Translations under genes and position numbers: made by a program | Notes under the pieces: model-generated | Databases searched by the model: none | The model's input: only the letters and a program-made list of their open reading frames with translations | What the model was told of the DNA's origin: nothing | In this document: positions 30,002 through 40,910 of the stretch, piece by piece | Layout: every line of letters begins with the position of its first letter | How positions within the stretch are numbered: the first letter of the stretch is position 1 | Virus record (IMG/VR): IMGVR_UViG_3300028048_000042 | DNA length: 64,000 nucleotides | DNA from: a virus | Taxonomy: Duplodnaviria > Caudoviricetes | Reading direction: 5' to 3' (one strand)

Positions 30002-30430
30002 ATGGTTGATATTAAAAATAACAGTGAGTTAAAAGCCGATTTGGAAAGTTTTCTTTCAAATTATGTGTATTCTCTTGCCGAAGAAATTGAAAGTGGACAG
30101 GTAAGCATTGACTCCGTAGAAGATGGAATGGATAAGATTGGCGAATACATTGACGAAGGTATCAAAAAAGAAGAGCCTACAAATCATAATATGGGCGATA
30201 TTCTTGCGTATTATTGCGAAGAAGATATGTCTGACGAAGAATTTGATAAATTCTTAAATAAGTACATTGATGAAATGTGTGATGTGTTGGATGATATTTA
30301 TGGCGAAAATTACGCTAAATATGAACGTATGATTGGTAACGCTTTTGATGAACATAAAGAAAATGTTTCTGATGATGGTATTGCGAGTGAATATTCTCAT
30401 GACCGATATAATGAATTGAATAGAGATTAA
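30002..30430 (+). CDS. Highly acidic hypothetical protein
   Basis: D/E-rich; GAGGT RBS; terminator. Confidence 0.7.
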   Translation: MVDIKNNSELKADLESFLSNYVYSLAEEIESGQVSIDSVEDGMDKIGEYIDEGIKKEEPTNHNMGDILAYYCEEDMSDEEFDKFLNKYIDEMCDVLDDIYGENYAKYERMIGNAFDEHKENVSDDGIASEYSHDRYNELNRD

Positions 30431-30627
30431 CAATATGTGAGAGTGGAAATTCCCACTCTTTTTTTTATGTTTAAAAATTCCTAAACTTTCAGATAATTTA
30501 GGAATTTATTTGACACAGACGTTGTAAAAAAAAGTCATGACATATTTGAAAAAATACTTGCAAAACATTTCTTCCTATGATATAATAAAGACAGTTAAAA
30601 GAGAGTTCACAAAAGGAGGAACTGATT

Positions 30628-31224
30628 ATGGATATGGAAAAATACTCAATTAGCAAGATGAATGGTAGTTATAGTGGTGGCGGTTGGGAAGGTAATAATT
30701 CCCATAAACACTTATATGGTGCAGAATTAGCAAAGGCAATTCGTGAAGAATTTAAAGCCAACAAAATAAAAGGTGTTACGGTTCGTTCTGAAACTTATAG
30801 CGGAGGTCAGAGTATTACAATTACACTTAGACCAAAAATGACGGATTTCATTCCTTTCGTTGACTATGAAGGGATTAAGATGGAAAATATCAATCCTTAT
30901 CAATTTGGAAGTCGTGTAAAGGATTTGAATGGGAATTGGATTAGTATTGATGAAATGTATAATCTTCCTCGTGAAGAATACATTGCAATTTACAAACAAA
31001 TGATTCTTGAATACTATGAGGAACATGTCAATACAGGCAAAAGTGGAACAAGCGTAAATGAACACAATTTTGATTTATACGATTTCTTTACTGAGGAATA
31101 TCGCAATAAATTAAAAGCGATTAAAATGATTGTGGATAGTTTTAACTATGATGATAGCGATATTATGACGGATTATTTTTGTCGTGGATTCTATGACCAC
31201 TATACATTGGTTTGTAATTTGTAA
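30628..31224 (+). CDS. LPD29 (large polyvalent protein-associated domain)-like protein
   Basis: AKAIR...VRSETYSGGQSI and FNYDDSDIMTDYF motifs. Confidence 0.65.
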   Translation: MDMEKYSISKMNGSYSGGGWEGNNSHKHLYGAELAKAIREEFKANKIKGVTVRSETYSGGQSITITLRPKMTDFIPFVDYEGIKMENINPYQFGSRVKDLNGNWISIDEMYNLPREEYIAIYKQMILEYYEEHVNTGKSGTSVNEHNFDLYDFFTEEYRNKLKAIKMIVDSFNYDDSDIMTDYFCRGFYDHYTLVCNL

Positions 31225-31247
31225 TGAAGGTAAGGAGAATGATAAAT

Positions 31248-31493
31248 ATGAAATTGGACAATGTTTGTAACATTATCGTGCAGGACACTCGTGGAGAATC
31301 TATTTTGAAAATTGTTTCTATGTCGGCTGATAGTACAGAAGAAGAAATTGAAAAAGAAGTAAAGAAGGTACTTGAAGAATTTAAAGTATATTTGACCGAT
31401 GAAGCATTTGAATATTTTATGGATGAAGGTTATGCGACTTTTGTAAATGATGAATTTGTATATTACACATTCTTCATTCATCATTCTGAATAA
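31248..31493 (+). CDS. Small acidic protein (similar to N-terminus of 34017)
   Basis: EEEIEKEVKKVLEEF...MDEGY vs EDDLEMEVAKKLDEY...MEDGY. Confidence 0.68.
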   Translation: MKLDNVCNIIVQDTRGESILKIVSMSADSTEEEIEKEVKKVLEEFKVYLTDEAFEYFMDEGYATFVNDEFVYYTFFIHHSE

Positions 31494-31700
31494 CAGGAAG
31501 CAGGGAGAAATCCCTGTTTTTTCTTGGTTTAAATAAATTAAATTCCTAAATTGTCTGAAAGTTTAGGAATTTAATGATTTTTGAAATATGTGAAAAAAAA
31601 TCATAACATACTTTAAAAAAATACTTGCAAAATACTCATATACGTGCTATACTATATACAGAAATGAGATAAGAGGTTCTACTAAAGGAGGAACAAAATT

Positions 31701-32510
31701 ATGAAAAACGAAATGAAAATAAGCAAGATTACGGAGTTGCGACTTCTGAAACAATTTGCAAATTTGAAATTCTATGTAAATAGTCAAATCAATAATAATT
31801 ATTACGTTGATTTCAATGAACTGATTCGTGGCGGTGCAATTGAGATTGATGTAGAAAAAGACAAATTCAGCGTTGGAAACTTTTTCTTGCTTCGAGATAA
31901 AAATGGAGGTATACACCTTTTCTTAGGTCACAAACCATTCAATTATCAAGGGCTTCATTCTAAAAAAGGCAAAAACATGAAAAAATATGTTGTAGAAAAC
32001 AACATTGTGCAGGGATTTATGTTTAAAAAATCAATCCATGATTGCGCTAAAGTTCGCAGAGTTCGTCCTATGCTCAATTGGGAAAAATGCTCTAACGTAC
32101 ATCTTTTTATCGAAAAACGTTTGTCAGTTCGTCATGCAAGTGAAAAAGAAAAGGAAATTGTAGGTGTTGAGATTCGTAAATATAAACGAAACCATAGAGC
32201 ATTTGATTATGAGGATGAATTGAAGTGGTGCAAAACAAATTTGAAAAATCGGTTAAGACAATACAAGGAAAATAAGGTTGAAAAAATTCCTCTTGATGTG
32301 ATTTCCAATAGGGTTGCGGAAGTCATGAAAGATTATGCCGATTGTGCTACCAAAAATGATTTTTCTCTCATATTGAAAAAATATCCTTATTCAAAGTCTT
32401 TGAGTGCGCATGATTACATTGCTAATATTGCGGTTAAATACGGACGTATTGTTAATTTTGATGATATTGGCGTAAAATCACACCTTTGGGAAATGCTTAA
32501 AAAGCAATAA
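31701..32510 (+). CDS. Basic hypothetical protein (paralog of 48536)
   Basis: FLGHKP...KKGKNMKKYVVENN vs FLGNKP...KRGKNVRKYIVENN. Confidence 0.78.
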   Translation: MKNEMKISKITELRLLKQFANLKFYVNSQINNNYYVDFNELIRGGAIEIDVEKDKFSVGNFFLLRDKNGGIHLFLGHKPFNYQGLHSKKGKNMKKYVVENNIVQGFMFKKSIHDCAKVRRVRPMLNWEKCSNVHLFIEKRLSVRHASEKEKEIVGVEIRKYKRNHRAFDYEDELKWCKTNLKNRLRQYKENKVEKIPLDVISNRVAEVMKDYADCATKNDFSLILKKYPYSKSLSAHDYIANIAVKYGRIVNFDDIGVKSHLWEMLKKQ

Positions 32511-32583
32511 TGATTTCAATTTGTAATAACAAGCAAGCCTACATAATATGTAGGCTTGCTATTGTATCTATTGGAGGATATAT

Positions 32584-32829
32584 ATGAGTTGTAAATTTTG
32601 TGATAAAACTAATGCAGATACAATCAAAGCAAGAATGTTTATTGATAGACCTAATGGAAAAACACTTATAGAGAAAGCAAATGCTTTTATTGACAGAACA
32701 GATAAAGGAGATACAAAATTGGTTATAGATGGTTTTTGGGTTGGGTTTGGCAATAAAGGTGATAGTATTGATAAAGTCGAATTTCATATCCGTTTTTGCC
32801 CTTTTTGTGGAAAGAAAATAGGAAGTTGA
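32584..32829 (+). CDS. Small Zn-finger protein
   Basis: CKFC...FCPFCG. Confidence 0.72.
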   Translation: MSCKFCDKTNADTIKARMFIDRPNGKTLIEKANAFIDRTDKGDTKLVIDGFWVGFGNKGDSIDKVEFHIRFCPFCGKKIGS

Positions 32830-32924
32830 TTTATTTGAAAATAGACTTGAAATCAACAAAAGAATATGTTATACTAAAGACAGTTAAAGAAGTTAATTAT
32901 ATTCCATAATAGGAGGAATTAAAA

Positions 32925-33326
32925 ATGATGATTGTCAATTTACCTAAAGATAAAAAACACGTTGTAAAAGATGAAAAAGAAACACAGGAAATCTTAGATA
33001 GAATGGAACGCCTTTCAAAAATAGTGTCCTTATATAGAGAGGTTCGTAAATTCCTAAATGAAGTGGCTGATTCAGATGAACGTTTTAGTTTTTTCGACAG
33101 TCCTTCTATTGCCAACAACAAGACAATCTATATTCTTTGGGATAAAGAGGTCTTTGGAGAGTTCTATATAAAATTCAGAAGTGACGGAGATTCGATTGTT
33201 TTTATTCATGGCAATGCAGAATATTCTTATGAGTGGAAAGAATTGAAAAATAACCTGCCAAAATTAAAAGATTTGCTCATTGCGTATATTGCAGGATTTG
33301 ATGAATTTGAAAAAATGATTAACTAA
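32925..33326 (+). CDS. Hypothetical protein
   Basis: Promoter and AGGAGG RBS. Confidence 0.75.
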   Translation: MMIVNLPKDKKHVVKDEKETQEILDRMERLSKIVSLYREVRKFLNEVADSDERFSFFDSPSIANNKTIYILWDKEVFGEFYIKFRSDGDSIVFIHGNAEYSYEWKELKNNLPKLKDLLIAYIAGFDEFEKMIN

Positions 33327-33403
33327 AAAACACTTGCAATATTGAGTAATCTATGATACACTATATATAGTGATAATTGAGTTCTTAAAAGGAGGAACAA
33401 ATC

Positions 33404-33811
33404 ATGAAGATTTATGACAATGGATGTTATATGTGGGAAAAAATTGTTCTTGGTATGGCTAGAGCAATGGTAAGTGAAGCAAAAACAATTTTGCAGGGAG
33501 AAAATGGCGATAGGTATAACGAAATTATTGATAAAATTGACGAAAACGCCATTGACAAAAATGCTTTGATTTTGCTTGTCAAAACGGCTACGGCATATTG
33601 CAAGGCAGGGCTTTTGAAGAATACCACAAATGAAGGTATGCAGGATGAAGGAGTTGACCTTTTCTTCGACCTTTATTTTGGCAATAATTATCATTTGTTG
33701 CGTGAAAACGATAGTGCCAATGAGTTCTATGAAAAATACCAAAGAATTTTTGAGAAATCACTTACTATTGGCGAATCCGTAGATGATGATATTCGAGTAT
33801 TTTTTGAATGA
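33404..33811 (+). CDS. Hypothetical protein (distant family B)
   Basis: EKIVLGMARAM; GVDLFFDLY. Confidence 0.72.
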   Translation: MKIYDNGCYMWEKIVLGMARAMVSEAKTILQGENGDRYNEIIDKIDENAIDKNALILLVKTATAYCKAGLLKNTTNEGMQDEGVDLFFDLYFGNNYHLLRENDSANEFYEKYQRIFEKSLTIGESVDDDIRVFFE

Positions 33812-34016
33812 TAAATATGAGCAGGTAGGAAAATCCTACCTGCTTTTTTTGTACGCATTTCAGTTAAATTCCTAAATAGTCTGAATTTTTAGGAATTTAG
33901 CAAAGTAGTGAAACAAAAAAATGTTATATGTTAAAAAAAGATATTGACATACTTACATATATATGGTAATATAATGGTGTAAGAAGAAATAAGCACTCAA
34001 TAGGAGGTCGTTTGAA

Positions 34017-34463
34017 ATGGAATTGGATAGCATGAAAGTTCTCACTGTGATGAAAGAAGGTTCTTTGTATCGAAACTATGTTTATCCTGCTGATATTGCA
34101 GAAGATGATTTAGAAATGGAGGTGGCAAAAAAACTCGATGAATATGATGTAGACGATAGTTCGGATTTACTCTTTGACCTTATGGAAGATGGTTATATTT
34201 GTTATAACGATTTTGAGTTTTATTTGTCTGAAACAATTAAGGAAAATCCCAAAAAGGTACACATTAAACCGTTTACATTGGTTGGTGTTGATGGTAACGC
34301 ATGGTTTATCATGGGATATGTGCAGAATGCTATGAGAACTGCAAAAATGAGCAATGATGAAATCAAAGAGTATCACGGTAATGCTACAAGTGGAGACTAC
34401 AATCATTTGTTGTGTGTATCTATGGAAATGATTGATAAATGTAATAAAATGTTGGGGTTGTAA
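34017..34463 (+). CDS. Two-domain hypothetical protein
   Basis: Acidic N-domain like 31248 fused to a LVGVDGNA...SGDYNHLL domain common in mobile elements. Confidence 0.72.
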   Translation: MELDSMKVLTVMKEGSLYRNYVYPADIAEDDLEMEVAKKLDEYDVDDSSDLLFDLMEDGYICYNDFEFYLSETIKENPKKVHIKPFTLVGVDGNAWFIMGYVQNAMRTAKMSNDEIKEYHGNATSGDYNHLLCVSMEMIDKCNKMLGL

Positions 34464-34680
34464 AAACAAGGGGAATTTTCCCCTTGTTTTTTTTGTTTAC
34501 ATATTGAACAAATTCCTAAATAGTTTGAAAATTTAGGTGCTTAACGAAAAAGAGGTCTGCCACGAATTGCTGACAAACTTCTTTTTCGTAAATGTAAAAA
34601 TTTTTCTTGACATACATACATATATGTGGTAATATAATGGTGTAAGGGAAATTAAGGTTCTTGATTAGGAGGAACATAAA

Positions 34681-35217
34681 ATGATTAAGGTAAACGGCTT
34701 TGCACTCAAAAACTTCACTACTTGCATGACTGATGATGGATTCTTTATGGACGGAATACTTACCTATAATGGAAAGAACGTTGTGAGTTTCCATGATGAT
34801 GGTCGTGGTGGTGGAATGTATTTTAGAGATGGCAGTAAGAATGTTGGGGAATTGCAGGAAAGCATTCTCGCCACTTATAAAAAGCATGGATTGGATGATG
34901 ATTCAGAATGGTTCGGTAAAGAATTTGCTATGGAATGTTTTATAAATGATATGGCAAATCTTTATGACTTGATTAAAAAGATGAAAAAGCGCAAATGCGT
35001 AGGGGACAGACCTATTGTGTATTCTATTCTGCGTGAACAGAAGGGAATGAATCGCAAACATCTTTCTTTTGTCGGCGTATACTTGAACGATAAATGTCCT
35101 GCTGATTATCCTAAAGTCGTTTCTCAGATTGAGGAAAGTGAAAATGGCAAGGTTGTTGGTTACGTGGACGATATTAAAAATCGTACCATCAATGCTGAAA
35201 TTTTCAACATGGCTTGA
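34681..35217 (+). CDS. Hypothetical protein
   Basis: DDGRGG motif; promoter and RBS. Confidence 0.75.
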   Translation: MIKVNGFALKNFTTCMTDDGFFMDGILTYNGKNVVSFHDDGRGGGMYFRDGSKNVGELQESILATYKKHGLDDDSEWFGKEFAMECFINDMANLYDLIKKMKKRKCVGDRPIVYSILREQKGMNRKHLSFVGVYLNDKCPADYPKVVSQIEESENGKVVGYVDDIKNRTINAEIFNMA

Positions 35218-35231
35218 TGGAGGAATGAAAA

Positions 35232-35483
35232 GTGACGAATGAAAGAAAAGAAGAAATTAAAATGTTGCTTGATGAACATTTTGATAAAATCGGTGCAATT
35301 ATTCCAACATTTAAGGAAACGTTGAAGGAAATTCTTAAAAACGCACCTACGGAACACGAAATTAAAGAAGTCAATGAAGGGAGACTCGTTGACCTGTATG
35401 CGGAATTACATTGCCTGTATGCAGAAATAACAAATGTTGTGGATGAATATAATGATGTAAAAGAATATAAAGACAAAAAATAA
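35232..35483 (+). CDS. Hypothetical protein
   Basis: GGAGG RBS before GTG. Confidence 0.68.
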   Translation: MTNERKEEIKMLLDEHFDKIGAIIPTFKETLKEILKNAPTEHEIKEVNEGRLVDLYAELHCLYAEITNVVDEYNDVKEYKDKK

Positions 35484-35660
35484 AAAAAAGGGAGAAAACT
35501 CCCTTTTTTTTCTTGTCGAAATTCTTAAATTGTCTGAACATTTATGAATTTGTATATTAAAAAAATGGTGGTTTTGTTTGCGTAAGAATAAAAATTTTTC
35601 TTGACATACATTGTATATTATGATACTATAGTATTGTAAGTTTTTAAGGAGGTGTGTGAA

Positions 35661-35822
35661 ATGGCTAAGAATAAATTTGTTTCTTATGAGAAACTTTCCA
35701 AGAAGGAACAGAAGAAACGTAACGCGCAAAAGCGTGGTGATTGGGGACTAACCAAACCCATCACAAAGGTTGTACCTTCTAAGAAGGTTTATAACCGAAA
35801 AAAAGAGAAGTTTATTGCATAG
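35661..35822 (+). CDS. Small basic protein (53 aa)
   Basis: MAKNKFVSYEKLSKKEQKKRNAQKRGDWG...; own promoter and AAGGAGG RBS. Confidence 0.7.
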   Translation: MAKNKFVSYEKLSKKEQKKRNAQKRGDWGLTKPITKVVPSKKVYNRKKEKFIA

Positions 35823-35920
35823 CTTCTCTTTTTTTTCGAAATAACAAAAAAAATATCATAACATACTTGATTTTTTCAACTTATTGTGTTATACTAAGTG
35901 TGATGTGAGGGAGGACAAAT

Positions 35921-36262
35921 ATGATGGAAAAGATTCAAGAAATACTGTTAAAAGATGGTCGGAAAATATCATTATACAACAAAGAAGGTTTGATGGCGTA
36001 TGGGTTTTCTACTCCACAAATAGATGCTTTGCCTTTTTGTGTGGATATAGAAAATGACGATTTACAAAATGCGTTTATCAAAACAAAAAGGTTAAATTTC
36101 TATAATATGATGGGTAAATACATTGGTATGATAGATAATGCACGGACAGGGTTTATGGAGCTTTTATCAGACATTAACACATATCATTTACAAGATTGTG
36201 TTGAAATGAAAAATAATTGCACCATGATAAAAGCTGAATTAATGACACGATTTAAATTCTAA
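35921..36262 (+). CDS. Hypothetical protein
   Basis: Promoter and GGAGG RBS. Confidence 0.7.
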   Translation: MMEKIQEILLKDGRKISLYNKEGLMAYGFSTPQIDALPFCVDIENDDLQNAFIKTKRLNFYNMMGKYIGMIDNARTGFMELLSDINTYHLQDCVEMKNNCTMIKAELMTRFKF

Positions 36263-36317
36263 AATACAAAATGCCCCATGCTAAACTGACATGGGGCGTT
36301 TAGAAAGGATAATAACA

Positions 36318-36587
36318 ATGAGAATGATGAAGCCATTAGGCAAAAGAATGGAAAAATATGATTCTGAACGTAGGAAATTGATTAAAGAAATTTCAACAAG
36401 CAAATATATGAGGATTGAAGCAACTGCAAAACGAGAACCAAAGATTGTAAAGAACAACTTCATAAGACCTTATGTTTGCAAAGCCTGTGGACAGTTTTGT
36501 GAATGTATTCTTATTTCTCATGCAGAGCAACACGGATTTAAGACAAAGCAGGAATTTCTTGATAGTGGTTTGTTAGTACAAGTATGA
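36318..36587 (+). CDS. Zn-finger protein (tandem paralog of 36611; Ros/MucR-like C2H2 pattern)
   Basis: YVCKACGQFCEC...HAEQHG. Confidence 0.65.
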   Translation: MRMMKPLGKRMEKYDSERRKLIKEISTSKYMRIEATAKREPKIVKNNFIRPYVCKACGQFCECILISHAEQHGFKTKQEFLDSGLLVQV

Positions 36588-36610
36588 ACAATTTGAGGGA
36601 GTGGCAATAA

Positions 36611-36838
36611 TTGAAGCACGATGTTAGTAAATGTGAAAGAAAAACAAAACGAGCAATATATGATGAAATTGAAAGGGAAAATCATCGGTTAAAAATCAAA
36701 CGTCCTAGCTATAATGGCAATTATGTTTGCAAATTGTGTGGTCAGTATTGCGAATGTGTGCTAACAATCCATGCAGAGCAACATGGATATAAAACAAAAA
36801 AAGAATTCCTTGAAAGTGGTAATCTTGTAGCGGTTTGA
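36611..36838 (+). CDS. Zn-finger protein (tandem paralog of 36318)
   Basis: YVCKLCGQYCEC...HAEQHG. Confidence 0.65.
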   Translation: MKHDVSKCERKTKRAIYDEIERENHRLKIKRPSYNGNYVCKLCGQYCECVLTIHAEQHGYKTKKEFLESGNLVAV

Positions 36839-37069
36839 GAATTGGGGGCATAATCCCCAATTCTTTTTTTGTTGTTTATACGCACTATCCCCAAATTCCT
36901 AAATAATCTGAAAATTTAGGAATTTGTCATAAGATAAAACTCTCCGCTTTTTGACATTTTTTCACAACGTGTAATGGCAAAATTTTTAAAAAAAAAAGAT
37001 ATTGACATACATACCAATGTATGATATTATAATAGTGTAAGCAAAAAACGTTTTCGGAGGTATAAAATC

Positions 37070-37285
37070 ATGGTACACATTGTTATTGAAAGTTTGAACG
37101 ATTTGGACGATACGACAAAAATTGTTGGTGTTTTCAACAACATTGAAAAGGCACAGGCTTGTTTTGAAAATTTGTTGAACAAATATGATGTAACAAATGA
37201 AGTCGAATATACAAATGCTTTGCAGGATTTGTATTACAGTGATGGTGGTGTGGAATTTCATGTGGAAAGTTGGGAGGTTGCTTAA
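37070..37285 (+). CDS. Small acidic protein
   Basis: VGVFNNIEKA motif, similar to 44818. Confidence 0.7.
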   Translation: MVHIVIESLNDLDDTTKIVGVFNNIEKAQACFENLLNKYDVTNEVEYTNALQDLYYSDGGVEFHVESWEVA

Positions 37286-37286
37286 A

Positions 37287-37493
37287 ATGACATACAAGGA
37301 AAAATATTGCGCTTATATCCATAAGTCTTTCAAACAGATTTGGAAGGAGTTTGAAGATGTTCTTTTCGATGAAGTAAATGGAGAATTAATACTTTCCGAG
37401 GATTGGGAAATATACGATAAAGGTACATCAAGGGAATACATTTGGGCAAGCATGGAGGAAATTTTTGGTATCGTTATTGGAGAATATTTGTAA
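37287..37493 (+). CDS. Small acidic protein
   Basis: GGAGG RBS. Confidence 0.68.
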   Translation: MTYKEKYCAYIHKSFKQIWKEFEDVLFDEVNGELILSEDWEIYDKGTSREYIWASMEEIFGIVIGEYL

Positions 37494-37716
37494 AATTCAT
37501 CACAAAGATATATTAAAGAAGGTTTTGTAAGTGGTCGTAGTAAGATGGTTGGATGATACGTGGCAAGTACATAATACAACAGTTGAAGTAGATACCTTGT
37601 CAAAAGCAGAATGGAAAATTTGGCAAGAAAACAAAAACTGTATAAGCATTATGTTTTCAAAATTCAATTGACAAAAACCTCCCTATTTGATATAATTTCA
37701 ATAGGGAGGTTTTTGT

Positions 37717-38415
37717 ATGGTTTCTGATGAAGATATATTGAAATTTGTAAGTCTCAGCAGATTGATGATGTGCTTACCACAAAATCATGTTCAAAAAATG
37801 GTACATTGCTATTTGGCTTGTCAATGTGATAAATCTAATGAAAGTTGGAGTATACCAATAAAAGAAAAAGAACTCTCGACAAGGATGATAATTCATTTTT
37901 TACAAACAACTTGTTTTAAAGATATGTTACAATATGAATTGTTTTGGAAAATTGCAAGCATATTGACGAAGCGATTTTATCTTAAAGTGATGGAAATTAG
38001 TTTTGAACAAGCGGTGGAAAATATGAAAATGTTTTTGACACATTTTTCATCTTTGAATGTTCCACAAAATTGTCAAGTGAATTATGTATATCATTCTGAC
38101 AAGCTAATTAAAACTTTAGAAAAACTTGAAAAAAATCATTGTATAAGAAGAATAACAGGACAGTTTAATACTTTAAATGAAATAAAAGAAATTATTGCAG
38201 ACGTAAAAGCAGAAAGCAAAAACAATGAATTTGTTTGCACAAGCAATTTTTATTCAATAAATAACCAACTGCCATTAATAACTTTTTGGTATTTAATACC
38301 ATTGAATCATGTATTTTCAAAATTATTAACTGTTGATACATTTTCCACTATATATAATATTGAAAATTTGAAAAAAATCAATTATACAACTATTACAGAC
38401 TTTATCTATGCGTAA
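37717..38415 (+). CDS. Hypothetical protein (divergent family A)
   Basis: YVYHSDKLIKTLEK...IRRITG resembles FIYNAEPLLELLR...IRRLTG of 23424. Confidence 0.65.
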   Translation: MVSDEDILKFVSLSRLMMCLPQNHVQKMVHCYLACQCDKSNESWSIPIKEKELSTRMIIHFLQTTCFKDMLQYELFWKIASILTKRFYLKVMEISFEQAVENMKMFLTHFSSLNVPQNCQVNYVYHSDKLIKTLEKLEKNHCIRRITGQFNTLNEIKEIIADVKAESKNNEFVCTSNFYSINNQLPLITFWYLIPLNHVFSKLLTVDTFSTIYNIENLKKINYTTITDFIYA

Positions 38416-38685
38416 AAAAAAAGAGAAGGTTTATTCCTTCTCTTTTTTTTTACCGTTCTATTTATATCTTTAGGAGGTAAATTCCTAAACTGTCTGAAAA
38501 TTTAGGAATTTGTACAAGGGGGGAGTTACCTTGCGACTTAACCATGAAAAAGTATCTTGCACCATTAAAAAAATACTTACAATAACTTAAAATATAATAA
38601 CAAATGAAAATAAATTTTGTTGACTTGTATATGAAATTGTGGTAACATGATAATGTAAATGAAATTGAGTTAAGGAGAAATAATT

Positions 38686-39192
38686 ATGCTTAAAGATACC
38701 ATAAAATCTATGCTGACAAACAGAAGGGAAAGACTTGTCGGTGAAGCGAAAAAAGAAAAAGAAAACTTTGAAAATCAAATGAAAAGATTGAAAAGTCTAA
38801 TGGTTTTGTTACAAGAAGATGTAGAAATTAGAAAAATGATTCATGAAGAAGGACTCGCATCTTATCTCGATGATTTTTTGTGGAATGCAAGGGATAATTC
38901 AATGGGATTTGCTCTTTATGCTAATAACAGTGAATTTCGTATTGGCGAAATCGTGCAAGATTTGAAATTTCTAGGTTTTTACAACGCAACATTACTCGTA
39001 GGCATTAACCCAACAGAGGAATCTTTTATCGTTGAAAGTTTTAACAGTCGAATGAGATATATTGATATAGACGAAGCTCCCCAATGTATGCAAACTTCTA
39101 ATTTTTTGAAGCGTTTTTGTGATGATTTAGAAGCGTTTCACACAGATTTTCAAAAATATGTAAAATCAATTAAATGGGAAGAAATTGATTAA
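38686..39192 (+). CDS. Hypothetical protein
   Basis: Promoter, RBS, terminator. Confidence 0.75.
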   Translation: MLKDTIKSMLTNRRERLVGEAKKEKENFENQMKRLKSLMVLLQEDVEIRKMIHEEGLASYLDDFLWNARDNSMGFALYANNSEFRIGEIVQDLKFLGFYNATLLVGINPTEESFIVESFNSRMRYIDIDEAPQCMQTSNFLKRFCDDLEAFHTDFQKYVKSIKWEEID

Positions 39193-39374
39193 GAACAGGG
39201 ATTTTCCTTGTTCTTTTTTTAATTGTTAGAATAAATTCCTAAAGATTCTGACTATTTAGAATTTCATATAGAAAGATAACAAAAAAATCTCATAACATAC
39301 TTGACAAAACTCCTAAAAGTGATATAATGATTATAGTAAATGAAATTGAGTTATCTAATAGGAGGTAATTTATT

Positions 39375-39653
39375 ATGACGAAGAATCTTATCAGCCCTGC
39401 AAGTGGTGCAAAGGTAGCTAATCAGTTTGAAGTGGTGGAAGGTAACAAAACAACCTTTGTATCTTACACAACGAAAATTGCAGAATTAGAAGGGGACAAA
39501 ATTACGTTGGATAACAACGCATTGGATTATAGCCAAACTACTTCTAAATGGTTATATCACTTCTTGCGTACTCATTTGGGTGGTAATTTTAATCGTTCAA
39601 TCATTTTGAGAAAGATTAAGGCAGGTAAAATTGCTACTGCAAATCTTAACTGA
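39375..39653 (+). CDS. Small phage early protein (paralog of 21292)
   Basis: NQF...FVSY...DYSQTTSKWL. Confidence 0.75.
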   Translation: MTKNLISPASGAKVANQFEVVEGNKTTFVSYTTKIAELEGDKITLDNNALDYSQTTSKWLYHFLRTHLGGNFNRSIILRKIKAGKIATANLN

Positions 39654-39695
39654 ACAAATAAGATGGATAATTTTTAATAAAAATATTGGGAGGAA

Positions 39696-40271
39696 TTGAA
39701 AATGACGAAAGAACATTTAGAGGAACTTATCAACGGAGTAATTAACCATATTGCGGTTGCCAATTCTGTTAGTGAACAGATTGAAGAACTTGACCGAATG
39801 GGCTTTACGAAAGATGATTTGCTTTACTTTGGCTATTCCAAAGAAGATTTAAAAGACCATTTTTCCGAAACTTTTCTATCGTTGTTTAAAGAATTGTATG
39901 ACGATACAGGCATTATTTGTGATGAAAATATGGATTTGTCACGATTGCTTCCTAGCAATGCAATGGATATTGCCATTAAAGTGGTAGAAGAATATGGCTA
40001 CAATACGAATTATGAGGATTTTACATGGGACAAAGTGCTTGATATGTGTAATGATATTGCTTGTGAGATTTGCAAAATTGACTTGGCAGATACAAGAAAA
40101 TGGAATGATATTTCAGAAGTTATGATGAAATACTTCTTTACTGATTATATAGATTCTCATGGTTATGATAAAAACCAAACTATGCAAATGGTTATTGGGG
40201 AATGTTATCACGAAGCTATTGCCAATCTTTGCACAGAACCTTCTGTTTTAGAATATTTTAAAAGAGTGTGA
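39696..40271 (+). CDS. Acidic hypothetical protein
   Basis: GGAGG RBS, terminator. Confidence 0.72.
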   Translation: MKMTKEHLEELINGVINHIAVANSVSEQIEELDRMGFTKDDLLYFGYSKEDLKDHFSETFLSLFKELYDDTGIICDENMDLSRLLPSNAMDIAIKVVEEYGYNTNYEDFTWDKVLDMCNDIACEICKIDLADTRKWNDISEVMMKYFFTDYIDSHGYDKNQTMQMVIGECYHEAIANLCTEPSVLEYFKRV

Positions 40272-40415
40272 TACATAAAGGCAGGGAACAAAATACCCTG
40301 CCTTTATATTTATTTAAAATAAAAAAAATCCCATAACATACTTGACAAAACTCTTAAAAGTGATATAATGATTATAGTAAATGAAATTGTGTTATCTAAT
40401 AGGAGGTAATTCATT

Positions 40416-40910
40416 ATGGCAAAGAAAATTATTTGGACAAGTGAAATTAATATGGAAGATTGGAAAGAATTTTTAGAAGAAGAATATCCTAAAATAAAAG
40501 ATAAAAACGAACAATATGACCTTGTTCGTGATTATATCATTCGTAATTTAGAAGATGAACGTCAAAATCTTAACATTCCTACCAATGGAAGAATCCTTAT
40601 GATTGCAGATTTGGGTTTGTGGGATGGGCGTAGAAGTGGCTATATGATTATTGATAAACGAAACATCAATGCCATTCTTACAAATTACTATGAAGGAGAG
40701 ACTGAATATTACTCTGATGGGTGGAATATCAAAGGGGTTTGGAAGCATCATGACGGTACGAATTATTACGAATTTCGTGAAATTCGTGAAGGTAAGCACA
40801 TTGATAACCTTTTAAATCGTTTGTATTGTGGAAAACCTGTTAATCGCAAGATGATTAACTATTACACAAAATCAATTGCACCACAGGTAAATGCAGTATA
40901 TGGTTGGTAA
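40416..40910 (+). CDS. Hypothetical protein
   Basis: ADLGLWDGR and HHDGTN motifs; leader nearly identical to that of 39375. Confidence 0.78.
   Translation: MAKKIIWTSEINMEDWKEFLEEEYPKIKDKNEQYDLVRDYIIRNLEDERQNLNIPTNGRILMIADLGLWDGRRSGYMIIDKRNINAILTNYYEGETEYYSDGWNIKGVWKHHDGTNYYEFREIREGKHIDNLLNRLYCGKPVNRKMINYYTKSIAPQVNAVYGW

Noticed and set aside
33048-33059. AAATTCCTAAAT arm inside the 32925 ORF
   Set aside because: Single arm with no core or partner, within coding sequence; compatible with chance in AT-rich DNA.
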